From Moniliella sp. 'wahieum' (Eukaryota): a stretch of 64,000 bases of DNA. The position numbers were made by a program, and so were the translations under genes. The notes below the pieces were generated by a model that saw only the letters and a program-made list of their open reading frames with translations, was not told the origin of the DNA and searched no databases. The DNA lies in contig RSEE01000008.1 of the NCBI GenBank assembly GCA_003971905.1, forward strand, positions 124,001 through 188,000, read 5' to 3'. Shown here piece by piece: positions 42,312-54,591 of the stretch (position 1 is the first letter of the stretch; every line of letters starts with the position of its first letter).

Positions 42312-42740
42312 TGATTCACCATAAACACACCGCAATCTGTTTCGTCCCTTTCTCGTGACCCAATTTGTGCGAAGCGCCATCAATTGCAAGCGGACGTTCT
42401 GATCGATCTGATCTCCTTTTTTCTTTTTTTTTCCCTGTTTTTTCCTCTCGTCTTTTTTCGCCTATTTTGCAAAACACGTAGTAACACGGCGCCATCAATG
42501 TTCACATGTGACGCCCCGCATGTTGCCTCTGACGAATGCTTGTGCTCGCCCCTCGCAATGCAAGGGGCACTGAGACGAATGAACGAACGTTGCGTCTTTT
42601 GCGGAAAGGTTACTACTCCCTAGACTGTGTTCGAGGATGTTTTCAACCGTAGATGCATTCATTTCCCGGGCAGGCGCTTATCTTGTAGTGCATTTGTTAT
42701 GATATTGACGCCTGACGCGGAAGGGCTGAATCGTTTCCCT

Positions 42741-44331
42741 TGTTCCTATACTGTAGTGTTGGCATGCACCGCAAAGGGCCTGAAGGGACAGCGGTACTAT
42801 GGAAGATAGACTACGTACAGGCGAAATCCGTTGAGACATCAAGCTTCAAGGTTCCCTGGCGATGCCACAATTGCTATATAGTGTCACGGGCTGCGGCGGA
42901 CACGATATGGTCCGACCCAAGCTAAGGCCCGCCTGCTCCTCACATTCCCACAGTAGAGCGTGCTCCGCAGGCCAACCGAGTGTGATGATGGTTGGCTGAA
43001 TTAAGTATCGTGGCCGAAGGGCCATGCATCCGCGCGGCAATAGCCCCCCGCCCAAGTTCAAGTCGGCCGGCCTAAAAGTAAGGCCACCGAGCTTCCAGTG
43101 TCGTGGCTACATCTGTCGCCCCATCCCCGTTTCCTTTTCGTTTCTTGGTCGCGCCTGAGGCGACCAACCCCGCTTTTGACATGTCTTCATTTCTACCCCC
43201 CCTCTTGGATCCATTTCCCTTTTAATCTTGCCTGTACCCCTGGTTGATGGGGATCCTTTCCCCCACCCTCCATTCTCGTCCTTTCCCGCCTATCAGTGTC
43301 CGACTCCTGCCGGTTTTCCAGCCAATTGATCCAGTACAGGCAGCTTCCTCTCTTGTTAGCGTCCGACTTCTCCTCCGACCTCGTCCTCCAGCAATCCGTC
43401 AGTCCAGTCGCGCGAACCCTGCTTCGGTCGCGGCGATTTCCAGCGTCGATTCCGTCTCAGTTGAGCCAGTGTTTGTCCCCCTCTGCCTCCTCCCGTCCCT
43501 AAGTCCCGGAGGCTTCAGACACGTTACTATACGGCCCACGGTGCAGACGCAGCCTTGCCACACGTGCAGCCGCCCCACCAAAGGCCTCTCCTCGTCCCTA
43601 GCCCCGCTCGGATTCACCAATCAGCCCAAGCCCGAAACTATCTGAGACGTCCTTCCGTCTTCCGTCTCCTAAGGGATTTGTACCCCAAGAACGGTGAGCC
43701 CCCTGGCGGGACCCGTCCGTGACATATAGCAGCTGGCAAAAGGAAGAAGGCATGCTGGGAGCTGTCATGAGCGATTCGACGAAGGGTGAGACAAGAGGGC
43801 CAACAGAATGCCGAGTGTCTCCATTCGACAGCTCTCATCGTCTGTGCCCACCGCAACGCCACGGATGGCCTCATATAGCCATGGCACCAGGCCACGGTAA
43901 AGGTGCTTTGGCCCTCTAATTTTAACCTCGCCGGCAACCGACAACTGATGGAGGAATCGAAACCTCTTCGTACTATCTCACTCCGGCTCAAGCACAAGCA
44001 TAAGTGAAGTAACAGAACAAGAACAAAGAGCGAGACACTCGAGACAGGTATATTTGAATGAATGGCAACATGATCTTCAGCAAAACTATATATATACACG
44101 GCATGCTGTGGGCGCCATGTAAGATTGCAAAGACCGGCTCCCTCTCTTTGATAAAGAAAGCACTTGGGCGGACAATGGGACGACTTCCATTCAATGCCAG
44201 GAATGCGGTGGGTTTTGATGGCCACTTCGGCTATCGGGATGGATGAGATGGCTCAACGATCTCGTCGCGGCTGGGACTGAGGGTGGGCTAGCCACTAGTC
44301 GGCACAGCTGGAGCCAGAAACAGGAGGGACA
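42741..44331. mobile_element. ~1.6 kb insertion specific to duplication copy 2, with TGT...ACA ends (solo-LTR-like or non-autonomous element)
   Basis: Copy 1 reads ...gctgaatcgtttcgctttcaacgcgccccggtagcatg contiguously at about 36970-37008, while copy 2 is split here. Ends tgttcct / agggaca are imperfect inverted termini. No clear TSD. Confidence 0.55.
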
Positions 44332-44699
44332 ATGCGCCCCGGTAGCATGCCAATCAGCATCCACCCGTACTGATAAAAAACAGAAAAATATCATTGCAGT
44401 CAAACCCTGTCAAACAACGGGACATTGATTCATTTGATCCAGGCAGGTCGCATCGGTATGGGTGAGAGTTCGCGTGCATTAATCAGAAGCAACATTTGGG
44501 ACATCACATGCCATCACGACAAGGCGTTCAAAAGGGGGGGAAAGGGAAAACAAGAAACAAAGATACAAGAGAAAAGGAATCAAAGAGAAACAGATCATCA
44601 ACGCATGCTCTCTCAACGAGTATAATTTTTCGCTGGTGGGGTTCAGCAAAAGGGGGTAAAACGGAGAGTGCTGAAGGGTTGATGCGAGGTCAGCGCTCG

Positions 44700-45140
44700 G
44701 AACCAAGGATGGATACAGCAGAGTCCCAAGTGAACCCTAGAGGCTATGACGATGAGGATTGGAGGGCACAGTGCCAGCTTGATGATCGTTTAATGCTCGC
44801 CACATACCCCAAAGTCTTTTGCTTGTTTCATCACCTCTAACCCAAAGACCAATGGTCCCAGACTGAAGTGCCCTTGTAATAGATCAATCCGGTCAAACAC
44901 GATCCGGAACAGTTGTTGGTTACGTAAATCTTATCATCGTACGGGATAAAGATCGCAGCAAAAAGTAGGCGTTTGCATTGGGGCTACCGCCAACATTAGG
45001 TGCCCCAAATACGTTTGACGAGTAAGCCTACATCCTTTCGATTCTAGGCTATTCTCCGCCAAGAAATGCTTTCATGGCTGTCTTGTCCCCACAAGTGAGA
45101 GTGATATAGCAGGGGTAACTGGTGTCGTAATGTTGAGGGA
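44700..45140 (-). pseudogene. Second decayed inverted paralogue of the secreted protein family
   Basis: Minus-strand fragments FGAPNVGGS, FAAIFIPYDDK, NQQLFRI, KGTSVWDHWSLG, NDHQ, GFTWDSAVSI match paralogue 2 (GAPNVG, FAAIPLSYDDD, NQQLF, GTSVWSRWSLG, NDHQ, GFPWESAVPV). Confidence 0.8.
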
Positions 45141-45208
45141 AGCACTCATCCCATATGCATATCATTACGCCCCGAATCCCCCCGGATATACACCAACTTC
45201 TTTCTTTC

Positions 45209-48200
45209 TGTTGTGTGGATGAATTGCGTGCTACACTGGTGACATGGGACCATCAGTGGCCCTGCAGCACCCCTGACATTCCTAGCCGCACTAATCAGCT
45301 CAAGAAGGCATGAATACCGTGTGAGTCGACCTTTGGATCTCCAAGGGGTTGTACCCTTAACCCACCCCCTGCCCTCTCCCCCGTCCTTTGCAGTGGGTGC
45401 CTCAGTCTGCCATACTATCGCTCCTTTTTGATCTATCACAAAAGACTGGTCGGTTCCGAGTTCGAAGGAATGAAAACGGATTGACGTGACTCAGGCTCCG
45501 CGCGGTCCTAGGCCGGATGTCAACAGTCAGCCTACGAGTGATGATAAATCTCCAGTTCTTTATCTTTCCCCATTCTCCATTGATCAACTACGTAGTTCCC
45601 CTTTCATATTCCGGCCCATATACAGTTGTCTGTGGCGACAATCCGTTAGCGTCTCTTCATTTTTGTTCATTCATACAATAGAGGCAATCCCCCTCATCCA
45701 ACAATTGCTTGCTCCGTGCCCCACGTGAATTTGTCGCCCAGCTATCCAGTTAAAACCCGACGTGTCAGCCACGCAGTGTCCGGAATAGGGTTTCTATCTC
45801 CATGGCCTTACCTGGATTACCAGCATCCGTTTTAGTCAAGCTTCAGACGCTGGCCCAGTTAGAGTAGCGTTACGTTAATTTTCGCCTAAAATTGGCAGCC
45901 CCTGATTTACGTTTGTCAATCCATTTTCCTCCTTTCATCATTCTGTGTTAGCACTAATCTTTGATGGGTGAATGGCAAACGGTTCGTAATCCAATGCGAA
46001 GTTTATTACTCGAATCTAGTACGATTAAAATGCTCGATTGAGGGGTATCGCACTCTTCCTTTTCACCCACATGCCGGCGCAAATGGATTCTGATTACTGT
46101 TGGCCATGGTGATGACTGGCAGTTACGCCATTGAGATCTCGCCTATCTATTCACTTGGGCCTCGGCCAGGGACCTACCACCCAGTATTTTGCGCAGAAAT
46201 TGCTGTTAGGCCGTCCTATTTCCACGGCACCACATAATACACAGCAACCCCGACTGTGGGTTACCATAATCTTCGGTAACCTTTTCCATATTTTGCGAAT
46301 GAGCCCCATGTGTCCCTGTTTAATCAACTTTCGCAATTGGGGTAATCAGAATGGGATCAGAGCTTCAACAGATACGACAGAAGCACATAAAGATCATGAT
46401 ACTTCGCGATCACGACCATATGCTTGATACCTTTCCCATGAAAAACCCAAATAGCGTGTTTGTCTTTATGTTTACGCAACTCTGACCCGCTTTCTGAAGG
46501 AAATGACAGGTGCGATAGACGTGCTCGCGACATGGGTTGGTTATATGCATTGAAGAACCTGAATGGAGGTGAACCTCGTTTTCCGGGATTGTCTGTAAGG
46601 AGGGGATGTTTCGCACCGGACAAAGAACCAGGGAATTGCAATGCGTCTGTGGACCGCCGAGTTTAGGAGTTTGCTTTGACTTTTCAATGGGTTCTGAACC
46701 AGGCAAAGTAGCGTTGAAGACAAGAACCTTCTCTTCCTTTTGCTGATTCCTTCTGCTGACGATGGAACGGGTTTATAGGCCACTGAAACAAAGTAATTGA
46801 CAAAGAAATTCCGAAGTCAGAAACGGCTCAGTGGTGTATCCGTATCTATTCGTCTGTAGGCAGGCTACATGCCGTTGGCAGGGGACCAAGGTGACACTGT
46901 ATCCTAACGCAATACCGATTTCACTGCTCCCTAATCTGTTTGGCGAACAAGACCCACAAGACCTTGGATGACAATGCTTCCCCAAGATTCATGAATGATA
47001 TCAACATGGCTCACACCTCGAAACTGTTTCTGACGGTAACGTCAAAGGACCCGATCTAGCCCGATTGTTTGTGTCCATTCGTAACAAAGCGTACGCTACG
47101 CAACAACATATCCACAAGTTTAACGTGGCTTCTTCCATTTTCGATAGCCACAGCCAGCTGTCATCGAGCCTTCTTAATTATACCAACGTCAACCGGCCTT
47201 GTTTGTCCTCGTTGTTCCTCTCCTGGTCTGTTTCCTCAGCATTTGCGGTATCATCGGAGTGCCATTGCCCCACCATCCATTGCAGACGTTTCGAAGCCAC
47301 CTTTCTACATTTGTGTTGTCTAGTCCTTATCGAATCTGTCGCTTCGGACGCTTAATCCATGTACTTTTGTCCACCAGCAGATGATTTTGTAACCGCATCC
47401 TTTGCAGGTGCTTCTTTGCCAGTTGAGACTTTCCAAAGTCACGAGAAACTCAACCGACACATTTCCCATTACCACGTCGTCAACATGTGGAATTCGTTCA
47501 GCTCAGCACGCATTGCCATGTCTTCATCGTTCAATGTCATCTGTACAAATTCTCCGGGGCGATACTAAATGGGTTGAGTTCTTCTGGGGCAGGACCTCTG
47601 CTATCATTCTTTGCCCTTGTCAACTTTTGGGCCTTTCATGTTCTGAGCCTTCAGGTGCTTCACTAGTCCTGCTACGCAACCTGCCCCGTGTGCCCACGCC
47701 CGTAATTTAGAAGCGCCGCCTCGTCTCCAGCAGAGTTCAGATCCGCTACCAAGCTCGATAATCCGTGAGAGGGACTCTCCTCCTCTAACGTAATTCACTC
47801 TCGAACCAAGGCTCGGGCTGATGTTAGGGGCCTACACATTCCACAGTCTCTGCTGGAACAAATTGTTTGAGACACGTCGCTACTGCCCTGGGGTGAGCAT
47901 GTAAAGCCTTGCTGCTCAAACCGCCGCCTCTGTTATATGCCGTGCGAGCGCTCACTCTGCTCTCCCAGGCATTGTACCCTTAAGTCTAGGGACTTGCATT
48001 CACGCTTTCGTTGGTGAATGCGGAATGGGATCTGTGGCACTACGGCCCGAATCAGTCAATGAGTGTGAGAAAAAGAGTGTCCGCTTGACGTGTACATTGT
48101 CATGTTTTCCCAAATCGAAACAGGGGGGCATCTGCATTGCAATATCGCATGCGCTTATGCGAGTTGTTGACTGATACCGAACTGGGAGCGTAGGACTGGG

Positions 48201-49570
48201 AGAAGGGAGACTAGGGCGGCTAGCGAAGAGACGGCCAAGAGAAGGCCTAGCGGCCTGTACGAGGTTAAATCATTGGTCAGTGACAGAAGGGGAGACGCGG
48301 ACGGACCGTCGGGGGAAACCACGAACCATTGTTTACTGGCAAGGAATAATAGGGAAACGACGCAATAGAGGAAGAACAAGGAACAGGCGAGGACGGAGGG
48401 GAGGCGGTCATTACCACACGACGGGCAACGGCTAGAAAGGCAAAGTAAAAGGGTACGGGACGATTATCGTCGCAAAGGATACTGACAGTTCGGAGGCACG
48501 ATTGTGCCCAAAGACCAACTTTTTTCCTTTGGCTGCAGGCGAATATTATTGCGCGGAAACGCAAGGTTGGTGTGTTGCGTGGTTGAGGCTGGCAACAGAC
48601 TCTGCGGAGGGATATAAGTAGTAGGTTCCTCCTCCAAAAAGGAGAGATGGCCATACCATCCATCTTTTTCGACCAATCCGGGGTCGGGGCGAGAAAAAGG
48701 TGAAAAGAGCGCGTAGGCTGAGCTGGGACTGCCAGCCCGTCCTCGCCCATGACAGTACTGGTCTTTGCTTTCCTCATCCAGTATGCGGCCCAAGGCACGC
48801 GGCCTGACATTGCGTTTGCTGCTGGTTTTGCGGGGCAGTCTAATGCCAAACCGACCAAGCAGTCATGGGAAGTAATGAACGGTCGCTACCTGGCCGCGGC
48901 CACAACTCTCAAGCTGGTGTACACCCGCCAACCAACCAAGTTGATCCAAGGATGAACGGATTCCGATTTTGCTGAAGAGTTGAATCGGAAGTGTGTCGGA
49001 GGCTACATGTTCAAGTTGGCTGGCGCTGCTGTGTCGTGGGCAAGTCGCAAGCAGACCAAGTTGGCCCTGTCCACTACCGAGGCCGAGCTCAATGCTGCCC
49101 TAGAAGGCTCTCCGTGAGGCAAAGCATCTGCTCAAGATTGCTAAGGACTTTGGGATGAATCAAAAGAGCATGACCCATCCAAGTGGACAATCAACCGCTG
49201 CTCTGGCTTACTTCGCAGCAACTGAGAAGCACGGTCGCAGCAAGCACTACGACGTTGAGCTCACAATGGTACGAGTATTGTCCCACCCAGTCCATGGTGG
49301 CCGACTTCCTCATCAAGGCCGTCCCTGGTCCTGTGTATGTCAATGGTTGCAAGAGTGTTGGTCTCGAGGACCATTCCCACTCTTGAGGAGTGTTGTGTGG
49401 ATGAATTGCGTGCTACACTGGTGACATGCGACCAGTGGCACTACAGCAGTAGTGTTCTTATTTTCTTCTTCTTCTTCCCACCTGCGGATGGGAGCATAGC
49501 AGTCTTGTGGGAGCTATGCAGTGAATGTTCTGACTTTACCACCTCCATCCCCACTGGTTAGCTGCACAAT
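45209..49570 (+). mobile_element. Degenerate Ty1/Copia LTR retrotransposon (LTR remnants at 45209 and 49391, RT/RNase H relic 48750-49386)
   Basis: YAAQGTRPDIAFA, DSDFAEE..RK..GGYMFKLAGAAVSWASRKQTKLALSTTEAE, DNQ, RSKHYDV, YCPTQSMVADFLIK are Copia RT-end/RNase H motifs. A purine run (ttgaggag) precedes TGTTGTGTGGATGAATTGCGTGCTACACTGGTGACATG at 49391, which recurs identically at 45209. Confidence 0.85.
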
Positions 49571-52500
49571 ATTATGTATACGAGGAAGTGCTATCGGATG
49601 ACATTCTTAGTGCCTTCGCAGTCTTCGCTTGCTTCTGTTGGAGGGTAGTGCTGGGGTTCCCCTGCACGGCCCTAGGTAGATCGGTGACGCTCACTTAGCC
49701 GGGCGGAAGAGTTCCGTTCGCAGGGCGCGCACGCCCTGCTCGCTTTTCATCTCCCTTCTCTCTCTCATCAGGGGTCAACCAACAGTCAGCATCCTCCTTT
49801 ATCCCACCTTCCATTCTCGTCCCTTCTCACCTTTCTTGTCCAACTCCTGACGGTTTCCGGCCAACTGAGTGAGTAATACAGGCTACCTCTCGCCCTCCAT
49901 TTAGCTGCCTCATCTTCATCATCCAACCTCATCCTCCAACTTTCCATCCGCCCAGTCGCGCGCACTTTCCTTCAGCGGCGTCGATTCCCCCTACCACACA
50001 GCATATCGCGTGGGTTCCTTTCACAGCTACGTCGACAGCCGCCCCTTCCCAGCTTCAGCTCTGGCAGTGTTTCCCTCCACTGCACCTACCCTCCCTAAGC
50101 CCCGGAGGCTTCAGACACGTTACTACCCCAAGCCGGCGCATACGCAGCCCTGGCACGCGTACAGCCGCCTCGGATTCACGCCACCAATAAGCCCAAACCT
50201 GAAACTACCGTGAGTACTTCACCTAAGGGATTGTACCCCATCAACCTGGGCGAGAGCCTCCTGGCAGGGCCCAGGGTAAGGATCGAGCCCGCCATCCACC
50301 GATCAACCTTGCTCCATCCTCCCCATGTTCCGCCGATCCCCTTCTTGTCCCCCTTGCCCCCACCCCCTCAATTGCTCTCCACCACTCCGCCTTGTGCCAC
50401 GGTTACTCTTTGCACCACCGCCACCCTTTGAGCTAGTCAAAGACGCGTCGGGTGGTCCTCCGTCTTCGAAAATTAGCATTGTGGGGAGTCGGCAGCCTTG
50501 TGGCCATGGCGACGGCAGTGGCGGCACAACTCTCGGCGTGGATTGAAGGAGCACTGTGCGCGAGTGTGGTCCTTGGTGCGGCAATGAGGGCACCGCCAGT
50601 GAGCACGGGTAGGGGCATTTTAAGGGTGGAGGGACGCGTCGACGCGACTCTGTCATATGCCCGATAGTTGGCGCAACCAGCCCCGTCACGTGCAGGTCGG
50701 GGAGCAGTATCCTGTCAGGCAATGGATGGACGAGGTTAGCCTCGAGCAAATTGAATCGCCAAATGTTTTTGCAGAGGGGGCGTACCAGGCGTTCTTTTGG
50801 CCCTTATATCAGCCAAGCATTGAGCGATCAGATTCGGCGCATCGGGGGGGCGAAGGAATTGCACCCTCTTGTTTCCTTGCCATTGAGGTAAGGTTCTGGC
50901 GATATCGCATGCGGCTGGCAGATTTTGTTTGTTGGGGAGATGGTGATGGTGCCCCTGTAGGGAGAGTTCCTCAGCTAGGTGAACAGGTATCTCGGTCCGG
51001 AAGTGGGCTTGAACTGATGAGACCTGGAGTCCGGATGGTCATTGAGGGTGATGCAATCGCACTGGTGGCGGTGGTTGTCTAAGCCAACCAGCAACACCTA
51101 CAGAGGAACAGCAAGCAGCGAGTCGCCTCCAGGGGCTGTGCTTCGGAACAAGGAAAAACAAGAGAGAGAGAAAACAACAGAACTCCCAGGCCTGAGGAGG
51201 AACTGAAGGGACATTGGCCAAAGCACGAGCCACCCGATGGCTCAACATGAACTGTCTGTCCGCTTACCTATTTCTCCCCATACACCATGCCAGGCAGTAT
51301 GCGGGTCTTATTTTGAAGGGCTGTGCGCTCGCTGATCGTCCACCCGGAGCCCGAAGGCTGAGGTTACCGCACGGCTACCAGTGACCGTGACCAGTTAACG
51401 TTTAGCGTACTTTAACATGCTTCGTGCGAGCGACCCTGCCCCGCACGGGCTTCAGCCGCCTCACGTCGCAGGGCAGCACAGCATGCTCTCCAGCACCATG
51501 CTTCTGTTTTTGGGGTGATGCATGATGATCGATGAAACAGCGGCCCCAGGCCTCAATTTGAGGTGGTAAGTCAATTCACGCTCCGCAGATCTCAGCTCGA
51601 TCGACCCCTGGGAATCTGACCCCTGGTGGGGAAGCGACCACACAGCTGCATCACTTTTATGCGAACTGCATGCCCCCGTCCACCACCTTTCCCGCCATCA
51701 TCTTTCTGTTGAGCCAGTACTGCCACTCTACAATGCCTCCCTCCCGCACCGTCACAGGGCGCCCCAGTAACCAGCAACGCCGCTCGCCGCCCGAGGGACA
51801 CACGACGTATCAACCCTGAGCCGGAGCCCGTGGTGGAGACTGCGTTCGAAGGTGACGAACCATCCCCTGAAGGTCCACCTGTGGTGGCACCAGTTGGCTC
51901 AACCGTGATTCCGACGGCGACTGAGAGGGAAAAGAGGAGTACGAACCGAGAGTTACGTTTTAGTCCCTTCTCCCCCCCGGTTCCCGTGTGGGTTCGTGAA
52001 ATGATATGCGGGGTCAATTGAACCAGCACGACGAAGGTGAACAACGATGAATATGCGCTGGATCTTGACGCTGACATCTTGTTCCCCCGCACAATGGGCG
52101 CTGACGAATAGAGCTCCGTTAATCAGGACGAATTTGCTGGCATTCCCCTCTTATCTGACCCTTTCGCCGGAGAATGGGATCCACATTTCAGCGATCCCCT
52201 CGTTACAAGGGCAACATGCATCACTAAGCGAGGGAAGTCTATGCGAGATCAAGACTCTTCGGGTACTCTTTTTGTCAAAACCATGCGAAGCAGGAATCGT
52301 TGGCCAGGGCTTTGCCATGTCCAACCCACGCCAGTATTTCGAACGCTTGCTGGAGCACAAACAGGTCAGGACCATCAGCTCTCGCCGTACACCCCAGGAT
52401 CACTTTGTACTGTACTGACACTTTCTCTTTCCATGAACAGATCGCCACTGACATAAATGGTACAAATGGCTCGCGGTATGGGTTTTGTCTGCATCCCGAG

Positions 52501-52789
52501 AGCAGGATGGGCAACAGTAAGGATTTAAGCTTGGTTTTCCGTCCGCAAGCGGCTTGTTCCCCTCAAGGTCTGGAAGAGTACACTTTTGACCCAGGACAAC
52601 TTCTAGCCCATATCGGTTGTGTGACAAAAAGTTTGTCCAAGTTCTGTTGACGGTGTTCCTGAAGCCGACTTGGTCGACCATGCGTAGTCGCATTTTCGAT
52701 TTGGAGGTACGTTGTTATGCGTACACTGGTTATGACCTTGCTACCCCCTAACCTAACCCATTGCTTAATCTTATTACCAATTATGTTGA

Positions 52790-53470
52790 CCCGGCGGGAC
52801 CGCAAACGGCTACGGCCAACGCATTTACGAAGCAACGCCAGCGCTGCCGGGGAATGTGGGAGCAAAGTCGACAGGAGCTGCTCCAGAAGCTGGACGCGGC
52901 CGACGGTCGCAATGTGGTTGAGCACAGCAACCCGCTGAGCCACAACTGGCTCTCCGCGCCATTCCATCCGTCCCGTACCTCAAGCTCTCTGATCAGCAGG
53001 TCCAGGTTGGTCTCCAGCTCCGAACGCTGTGCCGCACCACGCGCAGCATGAGGCAGTGCGGGAGCCCATTCTCCAGCTCCTACGCTCCATCCCCGACACC
53101 CACATCCGCAACGAACCTATGGTGGAGGACGAGGATGGCAAGAGACAGAGGACGCAGCGCACCGACTACCGCGTGATGGGGCCCGGGGCACTCGGAGGAT
53201 CAGGAATGGAGGTAGACCACACGCTGCGCGACACGGGATCGCTGGAGGCGCAGAGCGCGTTCCGGAGGGTGGTGCATGAGAGCACCGCAACCCCCTCGGA
53301 ACACCGGGAGAAGGAGCTGCTTCGGCTTCTTGAACAAGCAGAATGCGACAAGAACGCCAAGTACCAGGGACGCGCTCAAGAGCCGTTTTTCCCCCTGGTT
53401 TTGACGACGCGAGGATACTACGGCACCAAGACGGCGGGCAAGTTGTTTGCGCATTGGAAGGAGTTGGCTA
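52790..53470 (+). mobile_element. 5'-truncated CRE-like (RLE-type) non-LTR retrotransposon relic
   Basis: PLSHNWLSAP...LKLSDQQVQVGLQLRTL, then HEAVREPI...NEPMV...QRTDYRV...MEVDHT...DKNAKY...FFPLVLTTRGYYG...HWKE, consistent with the C-terminal region of RLE-encoding LINEs. Confidence 0.7.
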
Positions 53471-53734
53471 CTAAGTCTCAGTGGAAATGGTTCCTCGCTC
53501 GGATGTCAACCACGTTCCCGTGTCCACACGCGCTTCCTAGGGTACGGGACCGGATGGCGAGAACCGGAGGGTCCTGATATCCTGGCGATCCCGCTGGTTC
53601 CTTAATCTTGGTAGCGCTTCCAAGTAACCCCCTCAAGATGAACGGTTAGGTTTAGACGTAGCGTTCCCCCTGTCCCAGCCTTAAGCTCTGTCAATGAAAT
53701 GGAGACGTGATCTAGAGATGTCGGTGTTGGAGAC

Positions 53735-53825
53735 GGTGGAACGGTGGTTAAGGTGGCGACGCAGCACAGTTGGGGCGAAGCCCCAGCTGACCGGGCCGTA
53801 GGCCCGGTGGTGGTCCTCCTTGTAG
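53735..53825 (+). mobile_element. Second Helitron-like 3' terminus
   Basis: ggtggttaaggtggcgacg...agttggggcGAAgccccagct g accgggccGTAggcccggt...ttgtag|t, homologous to 40480-40560. The terminal CTAG is degenerate (GTAG). Confidence 0.6.
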
Positions 53826-54591
53826 TATATAGGGGATATTGGCGTGGTGTCAGCATGTGGAATATCTCAGTGTGTGCTCTCGAGGTGGCTGTTGTCCCTA
53901 GTTAGATCCGTGAGGGCAATATTCTTTTAAAGGTACGAAGCTCTGACTTAGCATTGACTTCAGGGTCTGATCCTCTGGCCCCAGGCCCAACGAACCCGAG
54001 GGCTGGCCTACTCTTTTGACCCCGACAAGCCACAAGTCATCACCGCCCCGGAAATCTACACACTGGTTATGGGAAAAGCGGGACCGCTAGTACCTACTAT
54101 GGCATGCATCGTCCCCTCTTTGATAGAAGACACAACATATATGTACTGGGGTGCCATTATCATAATAGGGCGTTTATTCAGCCGCTCAATGAGCGCGTAC
54201 ATTCAAAAGTTAATAACAAAGAAGACGAAATACCGGGTGAGAAACAAAAACAAAATATGCAGGGACAGAGACCAAAAAACAGAAGGTGGCGAGAGAGAGG
54301 CCAACCACAGTATAGGTCTGTCAAAATATGGGTCTTGGCCGAAGTCGGGCACTGCAAGACAGATGAATGCCGGAGCATTTAGCAGAAAAAAAGGGCGGGA
54401 AAGGGGGGAAGAGTGTGGAAGGGGAGGTCACCCCCACGGTGAAGCTTCGGTAGGGTTATTTCACGCCAGCGAAGCCGAATATTAACGCCAATTCGAGGAT
54501 GGGATGGAGGCTGAGAAAGCCGGATTGCGGCAGTGTCAAAACGTCAGGAAAGACAGGTACTCGGGGGGGAAACAAGGGTGTCCAACCAGTC

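Larger units (their letters stand above)
40568..50645. repeat. Segmental duplication, copy 2, expanded by insertions at about 42741-44331, 45195-49580 and 50430-50615
   Basis: Collinear with 34890-39050. Homology stops and resumes at each insertion boundary. Confidence 0.88.

Noticed and set aside
51590..51670. WGSDH as the end of an APE endonuclease, implying a dual APE+RLE element
   Set aside because: A single short motif, with no other APE motifs and no RT recognisable between it and the RLE.
52745..52760. ccctaacctaaccc as a telomeric target site for the CRE-like element
   Set aside because: Only about two imperfect units, equally consistent with an intron branch site (CTAAC) or chance.
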